Source: Fidelibacterota bacterium
Lineage (GTDB): Bacteria; Fidelibacterota; Fidelibacteria; Fidelibacterales; Fidelibacteraceae
Reading direction: 5' to 3'
DNA length: 24,449 bases
Assembly (NCBI GenBank): GCA_029931905.1
Contig: JAOZRH010000001.1
Span: 92,782-117,230, forward strand
Part shown: one piece after another, positions 10,001 to 16,306 of the stretch
Layout of the letters: each line of letters begins with the position of its first letter
Numbering within the stretch: position 1 is the stretch's first letter
Made by a program: the position numbers and the translations under genes
Notes under the pieces: model-generated
What the model saw: only the letters and a program-made list of their open reading frames with translations
The model's database searches: none
Told to the model about the DNA's origin: nothing

Positions 10001-10019
10001 TGATTCATATAATGAATAA
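4056..10019 (+). CDS. nrdD: Anaerobic (class III) ribonucleoside-triphosphate reductase carrying four inteins (1987 codons, ~681-aa extein)
   Basis: Extein junctions reconstitute conserved NrdD segments: ILIPY|CYAINAS, QQFVH|SVNHLSRNSNE|SPFTNISIF and KVASC|CRMINDEE. A C-terminal Zn ribbon (CPECG) and the glycyl-radical region RVVGFFTPVKSWNPIRRDW are present. No in-frame TAG. Confidence 0.95.
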   Translation: MNIVDNFSSTFHNSADTEYTRKQMAKALTFNIKRKYKSLSDEEVVDKSEIIMKTHGLSKDNFNGLKVVQALIANNINDVSIDDNSNKNEKTIAGLFSEANTSVKKIAGYDLLYRVMKEMYGKIRAKRLTGEMLDYSLGLSDSGNILIPYCMYGNTPIYVRYNGVVKIITFKKLYKLFEDFHTDKGTYTEVSFKDLYKPVDIKTAVYAKNVGNSATSKNTSVLKTPPHEKQTLEIWDNTNGWVNVSRITRRNNHDEFVLYQIDDGDFALVTTDHLVYMGDGSEKCAGELQIGETILKESDFKLPDVHEYINVNTDLAYLLGFILGDGNAMSGDINNSVRTLGFSSKEFNMLNMEYFGCSFKENSFTKTLPVNFLNWEKDSKLAFIAGLIDADGCIHKPQYNLVNIRMMSYATVNILSDIMKTFDGIHGVKKRIDGNSIKTCMYEVKFKVTKDSGLLKYCNKLKNAYNDAPDQFDNYNENLSHGKTGNSICKIIRFYKDDIEDTRFLSDEVKYVYDITTDTSRFYANGMVQHNCYAINASQLNLIGRDFGILPSKPCKRIGSYVSSLCETIHQMSSHVAGAIAIGTLFFDIAHLAILKMDIPLDNLKDNVKTRKHFENELQQFVHCVTEDTEVLTPTGFKTYNELHIGDPIYTWKDGHLNTQQIDALNVDTYNGEMHRYSGRCIEQVVTPEHRVLYHDRKHYIKKSSELIDKNSRLNIPINAINDNNVDIDLSDDLISLLAIILTDGSLMYNRKKLQNIIIKKSYNRFGIDFIKDTLDNLNYTYSYKDTIVDSFVNCNDVEYDQIKMKNYIISKNDSEKIFAILNNTREEIPKILTEMSNRQCKLFTDIWSKFSGYYKFETGQNMRMQCDNENVANTLQHILFLAGYGSRITYRDLGNDKDTLYVIPYHTNTKTVTNKEKFTYDGVIWCPTTKDGVVVFRKNGKIFISGNSVNHLSRNSNECVTEDTEVLTPSGFKSYNELHVGDPIYTWKDGNMEIQPTQRVNVNEYDGIMHQYEGRDYNQVVTPNHNVLRKKYNSHLYELIPSSEIFNNEMSESMPVAFNVTNEVDFNISDDMLKLCTIVLCDETYGEYEVNDYSLDVENSKEISTLLDGKKTELPSWFTKLSQRQANIVIDTWKRFDGHCEDDKTKLQCDNHVIADQLQHLVVLAGYGSIINERIIGKNKTATIYVNIYQRKNKQATNKNIVHYKGKVWCPTTENGIVVYRKDGRIFISGNSPFTNISIFGRGKIKYILENDFDWYFTKPEDSKLTDTQWVDYCTEYIYELQKLFVDFFDKGDPLNNGLPYRFPIVTINFSKKKSDGEWKIVDDQLLSDILEKDIYRYNIFTSEGSKVASCCFDANQNVLYRSSDGIGLVDFKTFINDIPNNSNTKIFHNGFWKSFKKVKIDYEDKLYKIVTENGKCITVTGDHEFPTLLGDKRVEDLTKDDHLMSNTKQLAPIQKLQNKLTYEQGYLIGYILGDGSFHTNMTGITLSLNEDCVAETVQNIKIALNDFGIEYDPIVKSENNVIYVHINNTKFVKMIMEYVPSNTAENKQFNIKILDNTIECRRGILSGWYATSGDTSNKCYTASKILIDQMDTLCTTLGIQTIRNESYDKNHVLYCLMQCDVSNESSEMFYKWHNNSIYFKIKSIELVNNTDDSVYCVEIKDDSPHFTLPNGIITHNCRMINDEEMLEMAGQSNSFGAGALASLGSHRVVTINYNRIALEAESVDDFWRVYKYRIEASRDILKAHKQLIKVLRDAGLQSFIENGWINMQRLFSTIGILGIYECGLTMQEKFGINPDTFKEEILSFLNKRVKRYTREEPNNIFNVEQIPAESFAVRLAKTDAILYGEKLVPHKLYANQFVPLWHEANVFERLSEDGKYNQLLTGGGIVHATIGERVAPSQARKIIEYAVKVGSEHFALNAIYSNCENNHMHFGDHDTCPECGANIEDKLQRVVGFFTPVKSWNPIRRDWEFPRRTKINLSTVDSYNE
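4503..5648 (+). mobile_element. NrdD intein 1 (382 aa), LAGLIDADG type
   Basis: Starts with Cys (CMYGNTPIYV) and ends VQHN followed by Cys (+1). Contains LAYLLGFILGDGNA and LAFIAGLIDADGC. Confidence 0.85.
5925..6899 (+). mobile_element. NrdD intein 2 (325 aa)
   Basis: Starts CVTEDTEVLTPTGFKTYNELHIGDPIYTWKDG and ends VVFRKNGKIFISGN followed by Ser (+1). Has the endonuclease-like block LISLLAIILTDGS. Paralogous to intein 3. Confidence 0.8.
6933..7751 (+). mobile_element. NrdD intein 3 (273 aa), paralogue of intein 2
   Basis: Starts CVTEDTEVLTPSGFKSYNELHVGDPIYTWKDG and ends VVYRKDGRIFISGN followed by Ser (+1). Only 11 extein codons (SVNHLSRNSNE) separate it from intein 2. Confidence 0.78.
8112..9089 (+). 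mobile_element. NrdD intein 4 (326 aa), LAGLIDADG type
   Basis: Starts CFDANQNVLY after KVASC and ends GIITHN followed by Cys (+1) of CRMIND. Contains YLIGYILGDGSF and ILSGWYATSGD. Confidence 0.85.
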
Positions 10020-10112
10020 AATAATAAAAATTTAATAGGTTTAAAAAATTTTATAACGATAATAATTTGAGTTATAGGGTTTTAATTTAAATCTTAATAA
10101 TTGTAGTAAAAA

Positions 10113-10144
10113 ATGGTTAACAGAAATGTTGACCATTTTTTTTT
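10113..10144 (+). terminator. Rho-independent terminator after nrdD
   Basis: ATGGTTAAC / GTTGACCAT stem (9 bp, one G-U) with a 6-nt loop, followed by a run of T residues. Confidence 0.75.
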
Positions 10145-10165
10145 GTTGAATTAATTAAATAAAAC

Positions 10166-10576
10166 ATGGGTTTTAGTATGGCAGTTTATTTTAAAAATAA
10201 TACATCTGGTGAATTTTTCATGGATTGTTTGGGCTTTGATTTCCGAGCAAAATCAGGGGAATTATATCGCATTGATGAAGAATTTGATTATGAAGATGAA
10301 CTTCTTAATAATAGTGGTTTAATTGATTTAGTAAAACGAGAAGACATTACCATTGTAATAAATAATAGGGAGTTGACTGTTATAGAAGGCATTGATTATC
10401 TTACACAGAAATCATATTTAAAAGATTCTGAGAACGAAAGATGGTTATATCCAGAAGATAGTGTAAATCAGGTAGAGCGATTTACACAATTGAGAATTGT
10501 TGGAAGACCATTAATAGTTGAAGCTGCCGGTTTATTGGAATTAGCAGAAGGTGCAGATATAATTATAGAAAATTGA
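10166..10576 (+). CDS. Hypothetical protein (136 aa), first gene of the fibre operon
   Basis: Intact ORF with a TGA stop 10 nt before the fibre gene start. No family recognised. The start could instead be the ATG at 10178. Confidence 0.55.
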   Translation: MGFSMAVYFKNNTSGEFFMDCLGFDFRAKSGELYRIDEEFDYEDELLNNSGLIDLVKREDITIVINNRELTVIEGIDYLTQKSYLKDSENERWLYPEDSVNQVERFTQLRIVGRPLIVEAAGLLELAEGADIIIEN

Positions 10577-10586
10577 GGTATATAGT

Positions 10587-13500
10587 ATGACAATAGCAAG
10601 TAGATTAGTATTAGTTGCAGGTGAGAGTTCGGGTCCAGCACCAGAAGGAAAGTATTATATCTATGCACGCAATGATGGTGTTGTGATGCGAGTTGACGAT
10701 GTTGGTGAAGAAGTCATTATTGGGCGTGATGGTTCCCAAATTCCTTCATTAGGGGAGTTGACAAATGTAGATACTACCAATGTAGAAATTGGTTAGTTTC
10801 TTACAAAAACTACAGAGAATGGATTTACATTTACACCACCAGTTCCCGGTCCACAAGGAGAACAAGGTATTCAGGGTATTCAGGGTATCCAAGGTTTAAA
10901 AGGTGATAAACCTGATCATGAATAGATTGATACCAGTATCAGATTTCAAAAACCAGATGGTACTTGGGGTACACTGATACAATTAAAAGGTAATACTGGT
11001 GATCAGGGAATTCAAGGAGAACGTGGTGAGAAAGGTGATACCGGAGATCAAGGAATACAAGGTATTCGGGGTGAACAAGGAATACAGGGTGTAAAAGGTG
11101 ATAAAGGTGATAAGGGTGAACGTGGTGAGAAAGGTGATAGGGGAGAACAAGGTGTAAAAGGTGATAAAGGTGATAAGGGTATTCAGGGTGAACAAGGTAT
11201 AACGGGTGATACTGGTGCACAGGGACTTCAAGGTATTCAGGGTGTTCAGGGTATTCAAGGTGAAGGATTTCATATTGATGGTAATGGAAATTTTTCAGAA
11301 GCTACCATCATGGATATAGAACAGAGTTCTGGTGCTACACCAAGTAATAAATATCTATATTTAATTGAAGATGATAATAGATCTGATAAAACCACACCAA
11401 TAAATAATCCAGATTTGTCTGGATATTTGGTATCATATGATGGTTCTGTTTGGTATAGCTATGGTAAAATTACAGGAGTTAAAGGTGAACAGGGTGTTCA
11501 GGGCATCCAAGGTATTCAGGGAGAAAAGGGTGATAAGGGTGATACCGGAGATCAAGGAATACAGGGTGAACAGGGCATCCAAGGAATACAAGGTGAACGT
11601 GGTGAGAAAGGTGATACCGGAGATCAAGGAATACAGGGTGAACAGGGTGAACAAGGTATTCAGGGTAATACTGGTGATCAGGGAATTCAAGGAGAACGTG
11701 GTGAGAAAGGGGATGCCGGACAAACTGGTGAACAAGGACTTAAGGGTGATAAAGGTGATAAAGGTGATCAGGGAATTCAAGGTGTAACTGGTGATCAGGG
11801 AATTCAAGGTGAACAGGGTATTCAGGGTGAGCAAGGTGATCAAGGGATAAAAGGTGATACTGGAGATCAAGGAATACAGGGAGAACGTGGTGAGAAAGGT
11901 GATACTGGACAGAAAGGTGATACTGGAGATCAAGGAATACAAGGAATCAAAGGTGACAAAGGTGATACTGGAGATCAAGGAATACAAGGTATTCAGGGTG
12001 TTCAAGGTATTCGGGGTATACAGGGACCAAGAGGAGAAGGATTCCACGTTGATGCGATTGGTGATTTTGATGAATCAACTGTTACTGCAATTGAAACAAA
12101 TTCAGATGCAACCACCACGGATAAATACCTTTATTTAATAGAGGATGATAATCGAGTTGATAAAACATTACCATTAAATGTTATAGATTTATCTGGTCAT
12201 TTGGTATCTTATGATGGTGTTCAATGGTATAATTATGGTCAGATGGGTGGTATTCAAGGTCCAGCAGGATCAGATGGTAGGGATGGTAGAGCATCACAAG
12301 ATTAGCATCATGGCTCAGGTGTACCTGTTCCAAATTCTTCATATGCAGAAGGAGATTATTATTTAAATATCGATGATGGTAAAATTTATAAATATACTGC
12401 AGGTACATGCCAAGGTCAACTTGAGTTGGTGCATGAAACATCTAATATTATGTTTGGTGATGCTATTAAGTTTGTTAAAGATGATATAGAGATCATAATC
12501 AATGATGCAGATGCAAGATATTCTGGATTTGGTATATTCTATGGTAATTCATTTGATACAGCATATATGGGATCATGTAGATACACTTATTATAATGGGG
12601 CAACTGCACAATGGAAATTTGCATTACCAGAATCTGGTGATTGGGAAATCTTCATGTAGTACCCAACACATAATAGGGCAACAAGTGGTGCCAATTGTAA
12701 ATTCTTATCAGACAATGGTGAAGAATCATTTACTGTTAATCAGAGAAATAATTCGAATCAATGGAATTCACTTGGAACATATACATTTTCACTTGGTTCT
12801 TTTGAATTTATTGGTAATATTCGTGGTGAGAAAGGTGACACAGGTGAGAAGGGTGACACTGGCGATGTGGGACCAAAGGGAGATAAAGGTGATAAAGGTG
12901 ATACTGGTCAAACTGGTGAACAAGGAATACAGGGGATTCAGGGTTTACGGGGTGAACAGGGGATTAGGGGTTTACAGGGTGAACAAGGTCTTCAAGGTAT
13001 TACCGGTGATCAGGGTGTTCAAGGTGATGTCGGTGAACGTGGTCCTAAAGGTGATACTGGAGATCAAGGAATACAAGGAATCAAAGGTGATACTGGAGAT
13101 CAAGGAATACAAGGAGAACGTGGAATACAAGGAGAACGTGGTGAGAAGGGTGATAGGGGTGAAAAGGGAGACACTGGCGCTGATGGAATATGTACATGTA
13201 GTGGTGGTATGATTGGTATGTTTAATGCCATAAATATGACATATCAATCTCACAATAATCAAGCTACTTTAAATATTCTATAGGATTCTGTTAAACGTAA
13301 TACCAATGGAGCATTTCAACATTCAACCATAAGCTCACCAGAAGAAATCATTGTCAAGTTTAATGGTTGGGTTGAGATTTCATTTAAACTGTCAATGATA
13401 TGCAATCATAATAATAGAATTATAACAATGGCATATGCTACTAAAAATTAGGATTAGATAGATGAATCAATTTCATATTCGTATACAAGAAATCATAGTT

Positions 13501-13670
13501 CTGCAAAATATGGATCTTGTGTTACTCCATCAATTTGGGTACCAGTTGAAGTCAATGATATAATTCGTATTCATACAAGAATGACAGATGATGGTTCTTT
13601 TGGTGATACAGATGATATCAGTACTTTATATGGTGAAAGTGTGGTAACCCTCAAAGGTTATATTGATTAA
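10587..13670 (+). CDS. Collagen-like tail fibre / receptor-binding protein (~1027 codons) with 7 in-frame TAG codons
   Basis: ORFs 10587-10796, 11310-12305, 12426-12659 and 12867-13283 and the gaps between them are all in one frame. The only interruptions are TAG at 10794, 10923, 12303, 12657, 13281, 13449 and 13455. The frame ends in a tandem TAA TAA at 13668-13673. GAGG RBS lies before the ATG. Four Gly-X-Y tracts are present. The N-terminal segment LGELTNVDTTNVEIG*FL is tail-fibre-like. The segment WEIFM*YPTHNRAT...VNQRNNSNQWNSLGTYTF resembles golvesin-C-like modules. Confidence 0.85.
10989..11267 (+). repeat. Collagen Gly-X-Y tract 2 (93 triplets' worth of GGT-rich 9-nt periodic repeats)
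   Basis: Uninterrupted G-X-Y translation (GNTGDQGIQGERGEKGDT...GIQGEG). A short 7-triplet tract also lies at 10848-10910. Confidence 0.9.
11475..12041 (+). repeat. Collagen Gly-X-Y tract 3 (189 triplets)
   Basis: Uninterrupted G-X-Y translation built from recurring GDQGIQGEQ / GERGEKGDT units. Confidence 0.9.
12825..13187 (+). repeat. Collagen Gly-X-Y tract 4 (121 triplets)
   Basis: GEKGDTGEKGDTGDVGPKGDKGDKGDT...GEKGDTGADG in the fibre reading frame. Confidence 0.9.
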
Positions 13671-13692
13671 TAAAATAAAATTGGGAAAAATA

Positions 13693-14235
13693 ATGATTAA
13701 ATTTAATATATTAAATAGTATTAATAAATTGGTACCGGGAGCAAGATTTAAAGGTGCAATCAAATTGCATACAGAAGAAGAATATAATGATCTTGAATAG
13801 TTAGACCCAAGAGTCAAGCCAGCATAGAGTGAAATATTTTCTCAGACATTAAAAAATATGCGTCGGGACATTATGAGTGCTATCAATTATAAAACTGATC
13901 AGATTATTGAATGGGATATGGTGTTTGATGATGGTACCAATGTGGTTCCATGTCATTTTGGAATTGAAGAACAAATTAATTTAGATACAATGGATAGATT
14001 AAGGGAAGATTTGGTGAGTATGGGCATGTTAGTATTTCCATATAAACTAAAAGTATCTGATAATGAAAATGGTGAAGGTAATTACATAAGGTTAATGAAT
14101 GCTGATCATTTACATCAATTCTTCCTTATGGGAATGTTGCATAAGAATAATGCAATTGAAACTGGACGACATATGAAAGATAACTTAAGTGGATTAAATA
14201 AGACACAATTAGAAGAATAGTTTGACACAAGGTAA
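13693..14235 (+). CDS. Fibre-associated protein (XkdW/DUF4376-like, tentative) with 3 in-frame TAG codons
   Basis: ATG at 13693 is in the same frame as ORF 13858-14220. TAG at 13798, 13825 and 14218. True stop is TAA at 14233-14235, followed 15 nt later by a strong terminator. The segment EEEYNDLE*LDPRVKPA*SEI resembles the N-terminal part of XkdW-type proteins. Confidence 0.65.
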
Positions 14236-14250
14236 AAATATACATAATAA

Positions 14251-14294
14251 AATCAACACTTTATAAAATAATTGAAATAAAGTGTTGATTTTAC
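14251..14294 (+). terminator. Rho-independent terminator ending the structural operon
   Basis: 13-bp perfect stem AATCAACACTTTA / TAAAGTGTTGATT with a 14-nt loop, followed by TTTT. Confidence 0.75.
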
Positions 14295-14311
14295 CATATT
14301 TATGATATATT
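14285..14311 (+). promoter_or_regulatory. Sigma70-like promoter with extended -10 (TTGATT ... TGATATATT)
   Basis: The same TATGATATA(T/A)T element recurs at 3440 and 19439. It sits ahead of a non-coding stretch plus tRNA-Gly. Confidence 0.45.
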
Positions 14312-14389
14312 GTATCTCAAATGTTTACAATTAATATTACATAACGAAAAAAAAACTTTTAGGAAAATATATTCAATGATTATTTACAT

Positions 14390-14610
14390 ACATACACAGA
14401 GAGACAACACCATGAAGGTTCAACCAGAACCGACAGGAACTGGTACGTGTGTATCCATGCACCAACCAAAACAAGGTGGCATGAGCTAAAAGTAAAGGAA
14501 TTAATTCGTTCCCTTACTTCTAAAGGGTGCGAATCAAAACAATCATAATCGATTCAGATTCAAAATCCTCAAAAAGTAAAGTAACGAATAACACAATTTG
14601 AACTTTGGTA
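14390..14610 (+). ncRNA. GC-enriched, hairpin-rich non-coding leader upstream of tRNA-Gly (unclassified)
   Basis: There is no long ORF. Local hairpins include CCATGCACC...GGTGGCATG and CCCTT-N7-AAGGG. Composition is clearly less AT-rich than the flanks. I recognised no tRNA cloverleaf. Confidence 0.3.
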
Positions 14611-14615
14611 TATCA

Positions 14616-14690
14616 GCAGGTTTGGCATATTTGGTTGTGCGCTTGGCTTCCACCCAAGTTAAACGGGTTCGATTCCTGTAACCTGCTCCA
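14616..14690 (+). tRNA. tRNA-Gly (UCC)
   Basis: Acceptor GCAGGTT/AACCTGC, D arm GCAT..GTGC, anticodon stem CTTGG/CCAAG with loop CTTCCAC, T arm ACGGG-TTCGATT-CCTGT, encoded CCA. Confidence 0.88.
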
Positions 14691-14722
14691 TTATTGATCT
14701 TTGAAAATTTGTATATCTTTAC

Positions 14723-14751
14723 TTGACAAACTTAGTTTAGTTTAGTATAAT
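14723..14751 (+). promoter_or_regulatory. Promoter, TTGACAAA family (TTGACA-17 nt-TATAAT)
   Basis: Perfect -35 and -10 hexamers at 17-nt spacing. Member of the recurring cTTGACAAAt...TAGT motif. Confidence 0.65.
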
Positions 14752-14840
14752 TACCATGAAGGTAGAATAAATATTAAACTAAACTAAGGGGTCAATTGTG
14801 AAAACTTTAATGGATGAGGGGTATTTATAGATAAAAATAT

Positions 14841-14913
14841 CGGGAATACAGCATGGTGCGGTCTGCCTTTTGGATGGGTGGATTGGTGATGTCGATAATC
14901 ACATTCCCGACCA
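14841..14913 (+). ncRNA. tRNA-like element, possibly a degenerate or atypical tRNA-Pro (UGG)
   Basis: 7-bp acceptor CGGGAAT/ATTCCCG followed by A + CCA. C1-G72 and A73 are as in bacterial tRNA-Pro. T arm is perfect (GTGAT-GTCGATA-ATCAC). The only anticodon arm I can draw (TGCCT-TTTGGAT-GGGTG) has 3 G-U pairs, and the D arm is reduced. Confidence 0.35.
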
Positions 14914-15020
14914 ACAAATTTACACAAATTAATTAAAAATATTAAAAGGAAATTAAATGGTCGAAGTAAAATATAAAAAGAAAAAGATTTATTACGCGCA
15001 TCAGAATATAGGGTAATACA

Positions 15021-15545
15021 ATGGCAAAAATAAAAAATTATGTAGATAGAATATTTGTAAATGGTCCACAGTCAATTTCAATGGGAAGCGTTTGTGCATT
15101 TGATGGTATTAGATCTATTCAATTAAATGATCATAAAACATTTTTAGAATTTGGTGACTGTAGACGTAAAATACGATTACAGTGGCAATTTACAGAAGCG
15201 CCAGCACAGTATATTAATAAGATAGCATTATTGAACAAACAGCTTATATCATTTACGGAACATTTAAAAAAGTATTCACGATCTAAACCAGAAAAGTGGT
15301 ATGTTAATAGAATATGGTTAAATCCATTAAATAGTGATAGAACTGATTCGTTTTACGCATTTGATGGCTATCATGAGTTGTTTAAACCAAACAAACGTAG
15401 AATATTTATGGAAATTGCAGATTGTAATACAAAAATAAGATTTCATAAAGTACATGATGATAAAGTTGATGATGTCATATTAAAAAATGATAAAATAATA
15501 ATACTAATTAAAAACTTTATTGAACATCTTAAAAAAAATACTTGA
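15021..15545 (+). CDS. Hypothetical protein (174 aa) made of two homologous halves
   Basis: The halves share YV(D/N)RI..N, AFDG, DC..KIR and F.EHLKK. The TGA stop is embedded in the next promoter's TTGACA. Confidence 0.6.
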   Translation: MAKIKNYVDRIFVNGPQSISMGSVCAFDGIRSIQLNDHKTFLEFGDCRRKIRLQWQFTEAPAQYINKIALLNKQLISFTEHLKKYSRSKPEKWYVNRIWLNPLNSDRTDSFYAFDGYHELFKPNKRRIFMEIADCNTKIRFHKVHDDKVDDVILKNDKIIILIKNFIEHLKKNT

Positions 15546-15570
15546 CAAATAGTTTAAGTTAGTGTAAATT
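15542..15570 (+). promoter_or_regulatory. Promoter, TTGACAAA family (TTGACA-17 nt-TAAATT, preceded by TGTG-like extension)
   Basis: cTTGACAAATAGTTTAAGTTAGTGTAAATT lies about 18 nt upstream of tRNA-Met. Confidence 0.6.
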
Positions 15571-15587
15571 ATAAATATAAAAATTGG

Positions 15588-15663
15588 CGCAGGGTAGAGC
15601 AGTTGGTAGCTCATGAGGTTCATATTCTCAAGGTCGCAGGTTCAAGTCCTGCCCCTGCATCCA
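15588..15663 (+). tRNA. tRNA-Met (CAU) with initiator-like C1/A72 mismatch
   Basis: CGCAGGG/CCCTGCA acceptor with position 1:72 unpaired (C/A). D arm GAGC-AGTTGGTA-GCTC, anticodon loop TTCATAT, T arm GCAGG-TTCAAGT-CCTGC, encoded CCA. It lacks the three G-C pairs of canonical initiator anticodon stems. Confidence 0.85.
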
Positions 15664-15669
15664 AAATAT

Positions 15670-15745
15670 AGATCCTTAACTCAGTTGGGAGAGTAACTGA
15701 CTTTTAATCAGTATGTCATCGGTTCAAACCAGATAGGATCTACCA
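15670..15745 (+). tRNA. tRNA-Lys (UUU)
   Basis: Acceptor AGATCCT/AGGATCT, D arm ACTC..GAGT, anticodon stem ACTGA/TCAGT with loop CTTTTAA, T loop TTCAAAC, encoded CCA. Confidence 0.88.
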
Positions 15746-15769
15746 ACAATTTAACGGGGAGTATTCAAA

Positions 15770-16192
15770 ATGATAAGTGTAAATTTGGAATTCCTATCAA
15801 TGCCATTTACACATATAGATCCAATGATAGAAGGGCAACGAATTCATATTGCACAATATATATGTTCCGAATTATCAAAACAGAAGCGTATTGTATATTC
15901 CCCCATTATTCACTTTGTTCCAATTGCTAAAAAATTTGGTATGCTAACAGATTGGAAATATTGGGAAGAATTATGTAAGTCAATGGTAGTTCGTTGTTCG
16001 CAAGTTACTTTATTAAAATTCGATGGATGGGATCAATCCGTTGGTGTTGCGGGTGAACTTGAAGTCGCAAGAGTATATGAAAAGAAAGTAGAACAAATTG
16101 ATCCCGAACAATATATAATTGCCCTTAAAGCACTTGAACTTGAATATGATTATTGGGTAAAAGGTATAAGGTTTGTAGATGTATATAGATAA
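15770..16192 (+). CDS. DUF1937-like (nucleoside 2-deoxyribosyltransferase-fold) protein
   Basis: GGGGAG RBS. The pattern IVYSPIIHFVPIA...DGWDQSVGVAGELEVA matches the SP..H....W...DGW..S.G...E signature I associate with DUF1937. Confidence 0.55.
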   Translation: MISVNLEFLSMPFTHIDPMIEGQRIHIAQYICSELSKQKRIVYSPIIHFVPIAKKFGMLTDWKYWEELCKSMVVRCSQVTLLKFDGWDQSVGVAGELEVARVYEKKVEQIDPEQYIIALKALELEYDYWVKGIRFVDVYR

Positions 16193-16199
16193 ATTATAT

Positions 16200-16274
16200 A
16201 CTCTGGTCGTCTAATGGTCAGGACACAAGACTTTCAATCTTGTAACGTGGGGTCAGTACCCATCCAGAGTACCA
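16200..16274 (+). tRNA. tRNA-Glu (UUC)
   Basis: Aligns with bacterial tRNA-Glu: ACTCTGG TC GTCT..GGAC, anticodon loop CTTTCAA, acceptor 3' strand CCAGAGT, A + CCA. The T loop GTCAGTA is non-canonical. Confidence 0.85.
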
Positions 16275-16306
16275 ATTATGTACAGTCAAATATATTAATA
16301 GTGGTT

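Noticed and set aside
10939-13262. Long antisense and alternative-frame ORFs across the collagen region (10939-11220 -, 10983-11273 -, 11433-12047 -, 11437-11787 +, 11854-12138 +, 12502-13212 +, 12972-13262 -).
   Set aside because: They are by-products of the GGT-rich 9-nt periodic repeats. Their products are low-complexity (HL/YH or TL/NS or KV/RV strings). The Gly-X-Y frame is the only one continuous with flanking non-repetitive protein sequence.
10794-13457. The interrupted fibre gene as a pseudogene or a set of separate small genes.
   Set aside because: All seven interruptions are the same codon (TAG) and never shift the frame. No TAA, TGA or indel occurs in ~3 kb. The same behaviour is seen in three other genes. 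The segments after TAG lack start codons and RBSs.
14376-14489. 37-codon ORF (MIIYIHTQRDNTMKVQPEPTGTG...) with an AGGAAA upstream.
   Set aside because: It is too short and compositionally atypical to support as a gene. The region is hairpin-rich and lies in a tRNA transcription unit. It remains an open possibility only.
14390-14615. A hidden suppressor tRNA around CCCTT-ACTTCTA-AAGGG.
   Set aside because: The 7-nt loop has C rather than U at position 33. It places TTC, not CTA, at positions 34-36. No acceptor, D or T arms flank it.
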